Under the pieces are notes generated by a model. The model ran no database searches, was not told where the DNA came from, and saw only the letters and a program-made list of their open reading frames with translations. A program made the position numbers and the translations under genes. From an uncultured delta proteobacterium (GTDB lineage: Bacteria > Desulfobacterota > Syntrophia > Syntrophales > UBA5619), in NCBI GenBank assembly GCA_963817385.1, contig CAWFOM010000020.1, positions 1 to 64,000 on the forward strand: 64,000 bases of DNA, written 5' to 3'. This document shows, piece by piece, positions 10,498 to 18,780 of the stretch (position 1 is its first letter; the number at the start of each line of letters is the position of its first letter).

Positions 10498-11487
10498 ATG
10501 AAGCTTACGGATCACGGCGATGATTATGTCCGGCAGTTCGTTTACGGACCAGGGTCCATTGTGCATGCCAGTGGCCATGCGACTGCCGATGTCCTCATGG
10601 ATGAACGCCTGGAGGGATGGATAGGGATTCCCCACGGTGGAATCAGCATGGGGATCATGATGGATCTCGCTATGACCCTCGATGCCTATCCGCGCCGGGA
10701 TGATCTGCGCTTTCCCGTTTCCGCCGATTTCCGGCTGGCCGGCCCCGCAATCAGGATTGGTGATCTCCTTCACTTCGAAGTACTGCCGGTGCCGGGTGGC
10801 GCCGAGGGCAGCGCGACCGTGGATCGCGATCCACTTCCCTATATGTCATCTTCGATCCGATATCGGGGGAACGACGGGGGGCACGGAAAGGCGTTTTCCG
10901 CCTTTATGCCGGAGAAATACGGCGATTCCCTGAACGAACTCGTGTTGCTTCCCTCTTACAGAAATTGTTTCGTCTGCGGCGTCGACCGAAGTCACCCGAG
11001 CCTGAGAAGGCAATTTCGCCTCTGGGATTCACCCGATAAGATTGTCGTTTCATCTGCAGGCTTTTCCGGTGCGGATATTGATTCCTTTTACCGCTTCAGC
11101 CGGGGTGGTTTTCTTCACCCGCTCCCCTTTCTCGCCCTTCTGGATGAAATCCTGGGATGGGGAGGTTTTCTGCTCTCCGGAAGCGGGGCTGTCACCGTCG
11201 CGATCGGCTTCACTTTCTACCGGCCCATTTCCTGCGGCGAGAAACTTCTCTTCTTCGGGCGGGGTGACCGGGTCCGGGGTCGGACCTCCTCGCGTCTTCT
11301 CTTTTGGGCCTCTGGTGGGGCCGCGGCGGTCGGAGAAGACGGGGAGCTCGAGATGGTGGCCAGCGCTTCGGGTCAGTGGTTCGGCGTTCAGGAACTGACC
11401 CGGCAGATGAGATCATCCCTCCTGCCCCGGGCATTGATGGAAAAGGCCTTTGAACAGGCAGCAGTTCTGTCACCGCGCCGAGCTTGA
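10498..11487 (+). CDS. Tandem hotdog-fold (PaaI-like) acyl-CoA thioesterase
   Basis: Two hotdog units: EGWIGIPHGG...MMD and NCFVCG...LHP...LLDEILG. Confidence 0.7.
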   Translation: MKLTDHGDDYVRQFVYGPGSIVHASGHATADVLMDERLEGWIGIPHGGISMGIMMDLAMTLDAYPRRDDLRFPVSADFRLAGPAIRIGDLLHFEVLPVPGGAEGSATVDRDPLPYMSSSIRYRGNDGGHGKAFSAFMPEKYGDSLNELVLLPSYRNCFVCGVDRSHPSLRRQFRLWDSPDKIVVSSAGFSGADIDSFYRFSRGGFLHPLPFLALLDEILGWGGFLLSGSGAVTVAIGFTFYRPISCGEKLLFFGRGDRVRGRTSSRLLFWASGGAAAVGEDGELEMVASASGQWFGVQELTRQMRSSLLPRALMEKAFEQAAVLSPRRA

Positions 11488-11512
11488 CAAATTGACCAAG
11501 GAGCATTAGTTT
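11484..11512 (+). promoter_or_regulatory. Putative sigma70 promoter TTGACA-N17-TAGTTT upstream of nfnAB
   Basis: Perfect -35, 17 nt spacer, TAxxxT -10. Confidence 0.55.
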
Positions 11513-11547
11513 GTGAATGACCGCCCCTAAGGCGGATACAACTTTGC

Positions 11548-11580
11548 AATAAAAGGGAACCGGGGGTTCCCTTTTTTATT
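11548..11580. terminator. Intrinsic terminator (potentially bidirectional) or attenuator
   Basis: Hairpin AAAAGGGAACC-ggg-GGTTCCCTTTT followed by TTATT. Confidence 0.75.
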
Positions 11581-11667
11581 GGGAGCCGCGGGTGCGGTGA
11601 AAGATGCGCCGGAGAACGGCTTGACCGGGATCGATGGGAAACTTTTCCACGACAGGAGATATAAACA

Positions 11668-12505
11668 GTGAACAGAATTGTCGAGAAACAGGATTTGTCG
11701 GAAAACGTTGTTCGGATGGTCCTCGAGGCGCCGGCAATCGCGAAGAAACGCCGGGCCGGCCAGTTCATCATCCTCAAGATCGATGAGGAGGGGGAGCGGA
11801 TACCGCTGACCATCGTCGATTCCGACGCGGATGCCGGGACGATCACCATCATCTTCCAGGTGGTGGGGAAGAGCACCGCGGTCCTCGCCAGGATGAAGGC
11901 CGGAGACACGATCAGCGATCTCCAGGGACCCCTCGGCAATCCGACGGAGATCGAGAATTTCGGCCGCGTCGTCTGCATCGGCGGCGGCGTCGGCGTCGGC
12001 GTGGTCTACCCGCTGGCGGCGGCCCTGAAGAAGGCGGGAAACCACGTGACCTCCATCATCGGGGCGAGGACGAAGTCCCTGCTCATCCTCGAAGAGGAGA
12101 TGAAGAGGGTCAGCGACCGGCTGATCGTGGCCACGGATGACGGGAGCTACGGCTTCCACGGCTTCGTCAGCGTCGTCCTCCAGAACCTGATCGATGCGGG
12201 GGAGAAGATCGACCGCGTCTACGCCATCGGCCCCGTGCCGATGATGCGCGTCCTGTGCCAACGTGACCAGGCCGTACGGGATCAAGACCATCGTCTCGCT
12301 CAATTCGATCATGGTGGATGCCACCGGGATGTGCGGCGCCTGCCGCGTCTCGGTCGGCGGGAAGACGAAATTCACCTGCGTCGACGGTCCCGAATTCGAC
12401 GGCCATGAGGTCGACTTCGATCTGCTGGCGAACCGGCTCAGGATGTACCAGACCCAGGAAAAACAGTGCATGGATGCTCACAGGTGCAAATGCTATGGAA
12501 AATAA
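11668..12505 (+). CDS. nfnA: NADH-dependent reduced ferredoxin:NADP+ oxidoreductase small subunit (NfnA/SudB), +1 frameshift near 12257
   Basis: GQF...ERIPLT, GPLG, IGGGVG, TDDGSYG, IGPVPMM in ORF 11668..12408; continues in the frame of 12263..12505 with VTRPYG...MVDATGMCGACRV...CVDGPEF. Confidence 0.9.
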
Positions 12506-13910
12506 TGAACTAAAGCCGAAGAAGGAAAAGGTGCCCCGTCACAAGATGCCCGAACAGGAACCGGCGGTCCGGGTCAAGAACTTTGACGAAGTGCCCACGG
12601 GCTACACCGAGGAGACCGCGATCGCCGAGGCGAAGCGCTGCATCCAGTGCAAGAAGCCGGGCTGCATGGCCGGCTGCCCCGTCGATGTCGACATCCCGGG
12701 GTTCGTCCGGCTGATCGCCGAAGGGCGGTTCATCGAGGCCGCCCTCAAGCTCAAGGAGACCAACGCGCTCCCCGCCGTCTGCGGGCGTGTCTGCCCGCAG
12801 GAGGACCAGTGCGAGAAGCTCTGCATCCTGGGAAAGAAGGGCGAACCGGTGGCCGTCGGCCGCCTGGAGCGCTTCGCCGCCGATTACGAGCGGAAGGCGG
12901 GGAAGATCGCCGTCCCCCCGCCGGCGAAACCCACCGGTAAGAAGGTGGCGATCGTCGGCGCCGGCCCTTCGGGGCTCACGATCGCGGGCGACCTGGTCAG
13001 GCTCGGCCATGATGTCACGATCTTCGAGGCGCTGCACAAGGCGGGCGGCGTCCTCGTCTACGGGATCCCGGAGTTCCGCCTGCCGAAGGCGATCGTGGAG
13101 GCGGAGGTCGACTACCTCAAGAAACTGGGCGTGAAGATCGAGACGAACGCCGTCATCGGGCGGCTCAAGACGGTGGACGAACTTCTCGCCGAGGGGTTCG
13201 ACGCGGTCTACCTCGGGGTCGGCGCCGGCGCGCCGGTCTTCATGAACATCCCCGGCGAGAACCTGTGCGGCATCTATTCGGCGAACGAGTATCTCACCCG
13301 CTCCAACCTCATGAAGGCCTACCGTTTCCCGGAATACGACACCCCCATCGCGCGGGGGAAGAATGTCGCCGTGATCGGCGGCGGGAATGTGGCGATGGAC
13401 TCGGTCCGGACGGCCCTTCGTCTGGGAGCGGAGAACGCGTTCATCATCTATCGCCGGACGGAGGCCGAGATGCCCGCCCGGATCGAGGAGATCCATCACG
13501 CGAAGGAGGAGGGGGTGCAGTTCAAATTCCTGACCAACCCCGTCGAATACATCGGGAACAAGGAAGGGTGGGTGACCGGCGTCCGCTGCCAGCGGATGGA
13601 GCTGGGCGAACCCGACGAATCGGGGAGGCGCAGGCCGCTGCCCGTGGAGGGTTCGGAGTTCGTCATCCCGGTCGATACGGTCGTCGTCGCCGTCGGGACG
13701 ACGGCCAATCCGATCGTCCCCGCAACGACGCCGGGGCTGGAGACGAACCGACGGGGGTACATCGTGACGAAGGATGCCTCAGGCCGGACGAGCCGCGAAG
13801 GGGTCTATGCGGGAGGGGACATCGTTACCGGTTCGGCCACGGTCATCCTGGCCATGGGGGCGGGGAGACAGGCGGCCCGGGCCATCCATGAGTACCTGTC
13901 CCGGTCATGA
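12495..13910 (+). CDS. nfnB: NfnB / GltD-like NADPH-dependent oxidoreductase large subunit
   Basis: RCIQCKKPGC..GCP, CGRVCPQEDQCE, GAGPSGL, GIPEFRLP, GGGNVAMD, AGGDIVTGSATVILAM; overlaps the nfnA stop. Confidence 0.93.
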   Translation: MENNELKPKKEKVPRHKMPEQEPAVRVKNFDEVPTGYTEETAIAEAKRCIQCKKPGCMAGCPVDVDIPGFVRLIAEGRFIEAALKLKETNALPAVCGRVCPQEDQCEKLCILGKKGEPVAVGRLERFAADYERKAGKIAVPPPAKPTGKKVAIVGAGPSGLTIAGDLVRLGHDVTIFEALHKAGGVLVYGIPEFRLPKAIVEAEVDYLKKLGVKIETNAVIGRLKTVDELLAEGFDAVYLGVGAGAPVFMNIPGENLCGIYSANEYLTRSNLMKAYRFPEYDTPIARGKNVAVIGGGNVAMDSVRTALRLGAENAFIIYRRTEAEMPARIEEIHHAKEEGVQFKFLTNPVEYIGNKEGWVTGVRCQRMELGEPDESGRRRPLPVEGSEFVIPVDTVVVAVGTTANPIVPATTPGLETNRRGYIVTKDASGRTSREGVYAGGDIVTGSATVILAMGAGRQAARAIHEYLSRS

Positions 13911-14039
13911 CAGCAGTTCCCGGGCAAGGGCCGGGGGGGAAGAGCTACAGCCTCGCTGCTTACAATATCCTGGTTTGGCTCTCGGGCTGAGAAGCAAGGA
14001 GATCAGACGCGCCGTGCCTGACTCTGCGGGCTACAGTTA

Positions 14040-16319
14040 CTACGATTGGCCTGAGGGAGACGGGAGTCGCGGCGTCTCGTAGGATCGGGAGCCCGCCCGG
14101 TAGAGTTTGATCCGTGCCCGGATGGCATCGGCCAGCGCGGCGTTGTCCTGGGCCAAGGCGAGTTCGAGAGCGCGCCGGGCGGTTTCCGCGGCCTCGGAGA
14201 AGCGGCCTATTTCGGCATAAGCGGCGGCCAGCGTATTGAGAATCTCCGGCCGGCGGCCGTCAGAGAGCTGGACCGCCCGTTGGGCCAGTTCGACGGCTTC
14301 CGCCCCATTGCGGATCGACGCTTCAGGGTACGTGGCCAGCAGCCACGCCAGATTGTTTTGGATTTGCGCGGAGTCAGGTTTGATATTCAGGGCCTTGCGG
14401 TAATGGGCAATGCCTTCGCCGGGCTGCCCGTTCGCGACAAGCACAACACCGAGGTTGCCGTGGGCCGCGGCATAGTCGGGCCTGATTTTCAGGGCCGTGC
14501 GGTACTCGGCGATGGCCTCATCGGCCTTCCCACGCCCCACCAAGGTGTTGCCGAGGTTGTAGTGGGCCTGGGCATCGTCAGGCTTGAGTTCCAATCCCCT
14601 CCGGTAATAACCCATCGCCTCGTCGATATGCCCGCTCGAAGCTAATGCGAGACCAAGATAGCTGTGGAGCCTCGCGTCGTTGGGCATGCTTTCCAGGGCT
14701 TTGCGGAGATGGATCGCGGCCTCGACGGGCTGCCCGCGCGCAACCAGTGCGATACCGAGATTGCTTTGGCCCTTTGGGTCGTCGGGCTCGATGTTCAATG
14801 CCTTCTGGTAATGGGCGATGGCCTCGTCGAGCCGCCCGCGCCCGACCAGAATTACGCCCAGGTTAATGTGGGCCTGGGCGTCGTTGGGATTGATCTCCAG
14901 AGCCTTCTGCCAATGGGCGATGGCCTCGGCGGTCTGCCCGCGTGCGGCCAGAATTACGCCCAGGTTGGTGTGGGCCATCCAGCACGTGGGATTCCCGTCG
15001 ATTGTCGTCTGATACAACGTCTCGATGTCCGTGTACATCCGGCTTTGCCGCCAAGTCAAGCCCCCGAGGATCATCAATAGCGTCAGACACAGCGCATAAC
15101 CGGCCGGCCGGCCCCACAGCCGCCATCGATCCAGCAACAGCGCCACGCCTGCCGACACGAGCGTAATGATCCCTAAGCTCGCCAAGTATTGCCAGTGATC
15201 GGCTACGAATGAATAGATGAAGGCGAATAAGTTGAAGAACCCCAGCGCCGGGAACAATGTTCCCACAAAAAATAGCAGTCCCGCCAGCGGCGCTCGCCAT
15301 CGACGCCGCAGCACCCAAAGCGCCGCCACCGCCGCTAATGCCGCCACGGAGAACAAGTATTGCCACCATACTGCCTGGCTGACATGCCAGCGTGGGTAAA
15401 TGAAGAGTAAATCGGCGGGCCAGACGAGCTTGCCAAGGTAAAACCAGATCGCCCGACCCGCGATCAGACAGCGATCAATCACCGTCAGGTCGAACACCGC
15501 CCCCTTGGCGCCGATCACCGAGTGTTCCACCCAAGCCGTAAATACTCCGGCCGCGACACCCAAAATAAAATAGGGCATCAGCGGCACCACATCCCTTTTC
15601 CACGACAACCGTCCCCGCTGCCACCAAAAGATCACCAGCAGTGCCGCCGGCAAGGTGACCGTAGCCGTTTTGCTGAGCAACGCCAGCGTGAAAAGCCCCA
15701 ATGCGCCAACGTATGCCCATGCCTTTCGCTGTTGGTCGAAGCGAAGGTAGACCAGCATGGCGCCCAGGTAGAATACAGCCGAAAGGGTGTTTTTCATCTC
15801 CGTGATCCAGGCGACCGACTCTACGTGGACCGGATGCAGGGCGAAGATGGCCGCCGCTAAGTACGCCCCCGGAATCGCCAAGCGACGCAAGATCAGCGCC
15901 ACCATCAGGGCTGCGACGGCGTGCAGCAGGATGTTCACCAAGTGATAGCCAAGCGTGGCGTCGCCCCACAACTTATGCTCGACCCAGAAGGTGCTATGCA
16001 GCAGCGGGTAATACTGCTGCGTGGCCCCGAGGTTGAACCAGATGCTATACAGTCCCTGCCAAGATCGAAGTTCCGGACGGGTCACATGAGCGGCATCGTC
16101 CCAGATCAGGCCGCCCTGCCAGGCTGGTTGGTAAACGAAAAAAACGGCGGCAAGCAAGGCAACGGCGAAGAGCCAGTCCTTGGGGCCGAAAGGCTTGGCC
16201 GCCGCTGTCGTGGAGTGTGCCATCGGCGATGATCCGGGCTGGGCTCGCTTGGCAGAGCGCGGTTCCGGCCTTGGCTGAAGTGGCCCGATCGGCTTGGATT
16301 GTCTGCTCCGTCGTGTCAT
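14040..16319 (-). CDS. TMTC-like GT-C membrane glycosyltransferase with C-terminal TPR repeats
   Basis: N-terminal TM followed by a WDD motif, YYPL, HPVHVESVAWI, many TM helices, then about 7 TPRs; GGAG RBS before ATG 16319. Confidence 0.8.
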   Translation of the reverse strand: MTRRSRQSKPIGPLQPRPEPRSAKRAQPGSSPMAHSTTAAAKPFGPKDWLFAVALLAAVFFVYQPAWQGGLIWDDAAHVTRPELRSWQGLYSIWFNLGATQQYYPLLHSTFWVEHKLWGDATLGYHLVNILLHAVAALMVALILRRLAIPGAYLAAAIFALHPVHVESVAWITEMKNTLSAVFYLGAMLVYLRFDQQRKAWAYVGALGLFTLALLSKTATVTLPAALLVIFWWQRGRLSWKRDVVPLMPYFILGVAAGVFTAWVEHSVIGAKGAVFDLTVIDRCLIAGRAIWFYLGKLVWPADLLFIYPRWHVSQAVWWQYLFSVAALAAVAALWVLRRRWRAPLAGLLFFVGTLFPALGFFNLFAFIYSFVADHWQYLASLGIITLVSAGVALLLDRWRLWGRPAGYALCLTLLMILGGLTWRQSRMYTDIETLYQTTIDGNPTCWMAHTNLGVILAARGQTAEAIAHWQKALEINPNDAQAHINLGVILVGRGRLDEAIAHYQKALNIEPDDPKGQSNLGIALVARGQPVEAAIHLRKALESMPNDARLHSYLGLALASSGHIDEAMGYYRRGLELKPDDAQAHYNLGNTLVGRGKADEAIAEYRTALKIRPDYAAAHGNLGVVLVANGQPGEGIAHYRKALNIKPDSAQIQNNLAWLLATYPEASIRNGAEAVELAQRAVQLSDGRRPEILNTLAAAYAEIGRFSEAAETARRALELALAQDNAALADAIRARIKLYRAGSRSYETPRLPSPSGQS
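14846..14966. repeat. DNA-level direct repeat within TPR-coding region (19 bp identical, 102 bp period)
   Basis: CCAGAATTACGCCCAGGTT occurs at 14846 and 14948; 102 bp equals one 34-aa TPR. Confidence 0.7.
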
Positions 16320-16550
16320 CGCGCTACGCTCCACACACTGCTTTGGTATCGTGACACCCTCGGAAACAGACGCCACTCCCTCGCGTATCTTAGTATTGGT
16401 AAGGTATTGCTTTTCACGCGGGGAGTATATGAAGAATTATCTTGTGCGTCAATTGAATTTTGACCACAAAAATTGCTTTTTTGCTTGGTCATTTTGCCTT
16501 TAAAAATCCATACTTCACAATGGCAACTAATACGTATTTGATTAATAGGG

Positions 16551-17420
16551 TCATCTGCCATAAACCAATAGCGTAAAGGATGTAAGCCAGCCGGCAATAG
16601 ACATTTGGATAAAGAGATCCTTCAGGAGAATCTCCGTGGGACTGCCGCTTTTCTCTTCCATTAGGGTAATCTGAAGATATCGCATAACGCCCATAAGGAC
16701 GAAAATAGATGTGATGTAGAGCTTGTCGGTTTTGAACTTGGTCGTGATCTCCGGTGAAACGGTATACATAAGATACGCCACTAAAATCACCGCCGCCATG
16801 ATCATCATGGAGGCGTCGATAAAGCGCAGATTGTAGCCGTCGATGGATTTCCTCGGCATGTTGTTCGTTTCGATGAAGATAAGCACGTCATCCCGGCGTT
16901 TTCCAAGTGCCATGAACAGCGCCAGCAGGAAAGTCATGATCACGATCCACATGTAAATGGGAACATTCCCCACCACCCCGCCCACGAAAATGCGGATGAC
17001 GAAAGAAATGGCTATGATCATGATATCAAGGATAGGAACATGTTTCAGCTTCACGCTGTAGGCTATATTCAGGGCGATGTAGAGTAGGCACAGGAAAAAC
17101 ATTTGCAGAGAAAGGATATACGCTATGGATAGCCCAAGCGCATGGAGGCATGCCATCAGCCCAACGGCTGAGCCCTTGGTTATCCTTCCCGCCGGAAGTG
17201 GGCGATATTTCTTTGTTGGATGTTGGCTATCCTCCTCGAGGTCGTAGAGATCGTTGAAGATATAGACTGCGCTTGCCAATAAGCAGAAACCAAGGAAGCC
17301 AAGAGATACCTTGAACAATCGTTCGGGTTCTTGCAGGTGCAGGGCAAAGAACAGGGGGAGGAAGATAAAGAGGTTCTTCGAGTATTGAGGGATGCGGAGA
17401 AGGTCGATGTAGTTTTTCAT
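16551..17420 (-). CDS. UbiA-family polyprenyl-phosphate phosphoribosyltransferase (DPPR synthase-like)
   Basis: KNLFIFLP, YIFNDLYDLEEDSQHPTKKYRP, YSVKLKH and GKRR motifs of the DPPR synthase subfamily. Confidence 0.85.
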   Translation of the reverse strand: MKNYIDLLRIPQYSKNLFIFLPLFFALHLQEPERLFKVSLGFLGFCLLASAVYIFNDLYDLEEDSQHPTKKYRPLPAGRITKGSAVGLMACLHALGLSIAYILSLQMFFLCLLYIALNIAYSVKLKHVPILDIMIIAISFVIRIFVGGVVGNVPIYMWIVIMTFLLALFMALGKRRDDVLIFIETNNMPRKSIDGYNLRFIDASMMIMAAVILVAYLMYTVSPEITTKFKTDKLYITSIFVLMGVMRYLQITLMEEKSGSPTEILLKDLFIQMSIAGWLTSFTLLVYGR

Positions 17421-17484
17421 GGGCACAAGATAAGCTTTTTCAGGGCGCCATCGAAATCAAAAGCAGCTAGTGTCTCCTGCATGA

Positions 17485-18525
17485 TTAGAAAAAGGCCTTG
17501 GCAAATTGAAGGATACCTTGTTGCCAGGGTACGCGATGCGATATCCCGGATTGGCCTTTTATTTTATCAATGTTTTCAAGATACCACGTGAAATTGCGAA
17601 CGAGCGCATCCTGGTTGGAAAATTTAGGCTTGTACCCGAGTATTTTTTCTGCTTTTTCTATGGAAACAAAAGAATCTTTTGATGCCGTTTCATAGACCCA
17701 TTTGTACAGGGGTGAGAGCTTCAGAACTTCCAGAGATCTGAGGGCCAGGATTAAGGGCGCTGCAGGGAAAGGGACTATTTTCTTTCCATATCCTGCCGCA
17801 GAAAGAACCGCCTGGTAGTCTTCTTTCATTGTTTTGAATTCCTTGGCGCCGATATTGAAGGTAGTATTGACCCTTTCTTTTTCCAAGGTCATACAGAGGT
17901 ATATCGCCGAGCAAAGATCCTCGACATCAAGGAGCTGGTAACGATTCTTGCCGTTGCCAATCATGGGGAATCCGTGGCCGTCCTTCGCCCAATCGTACAA
18001 TAAGGCAAATACGCCTAATCTTTCAGGCCCGACAAAGGTTTTCGGGCGTAAAATGGGGACACAGATCTCCTTGCGGCGATATTCAAGACAAACATCCTCC
18101 GCCATGATCTTGGCTTTTCCGTAGGGTCCGACGCCATCCAGTTTGTCATCCTCGTAAAGCGGGTGATGGTCGGGAATCCCATACACAGCCGTAGATGAGA
18201 TATGGATAAATCTCTCCACGTGACATCGATGCGCGGCTTCAAGAAGATTGCCGGTTCCGTTAACATCAGTTGTGAAAATTTCATCCTTTTTATAGAGCGG
18301 CAGGGCAGCTGCGGTATGGATGACGATATCAAACCCTTTTACGGCATCAAGGACTTTTTTTCTGTCCCTGATATCCCCTTTCACAAATGTAATCAGAGAG
18401 GCGACATCAGGATAGTCGAAGTCGGCAATATCAAGGACAGCGATGTCACGACAACCCTTTTGTAAGAGATAGCGGACGAGATTAATGCCGAGAAATCCGG
18501 AACCGCCGGTGATGAGAATCTTCAA
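17485..18525 (-). CDS. NAD-dependent epimerase/dehydratase (extended SDR)
   Basis: TGGSGFLG Rossmann motif, ISSTAVYG, YGKAK (YxxxK). Confidence 0.88.
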   Translation of the reverse strand: MKILITGGSGFLGINLVRYLLQKGCRDIAVLDIADFDYPDVASLITFVKGDIRDRKKVLDAVKGFDIVIHTAAALPLYKKDEIFTTDVNGTGNLLEAAHRCHVERFIHISSTAVYGIPDHHPLYEDDKLDGVGPYGKAKIMAEDVCLEYRRKEICVPILRPKTFVGPERLGVFALLYDWAKDGHGFPMIGNGKNRYQLLDVEDLCSAIYLCMTLEKERVNTTFNIGAKEFKTMKEDYQAVLSAAGYGKKIVPFPAAPLILALRSLEVLKLSPLYKWVYETASKDSFVSIEKAEKILGYKPKFSNQDALVRNFTWYLENIDKIKGQSGISHRVPWQQGILQFAKAFF

Positions 18526-18780
18526 ATTTTATCCTTCACTCTGAGCCGAAACATCGTCTTTACCCATTCGACGCATATGCCCTCAACGAGCAGCGTAACG
18601 GTGTCACACTATTTCAACCATGTATCCGTTTGCCCCGGAACCTCTCGTAGCTGGTTATTCATATCACAAATTTTGGAAATACTATCAAGTATTGCGATTT
18701 GAAGTCGTGCATTTTCTTCAAGGGCGACATTTTGCTGACTAAGAAGCACACATCAACCGGATGAACCAAGAAAAGTGATC

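Noticed and set aside
11510..11530. Rex operator upstream of nfnA
   Set aside because: Only the TTGTGAA half-site is present; no TTCACAA arm.
12495..13910. Glutamate synthase small subunit of a GltBD pair
   Set aside because: No gltB nearby; paired with an NfnA-type gene, so NfnAB is the better call.
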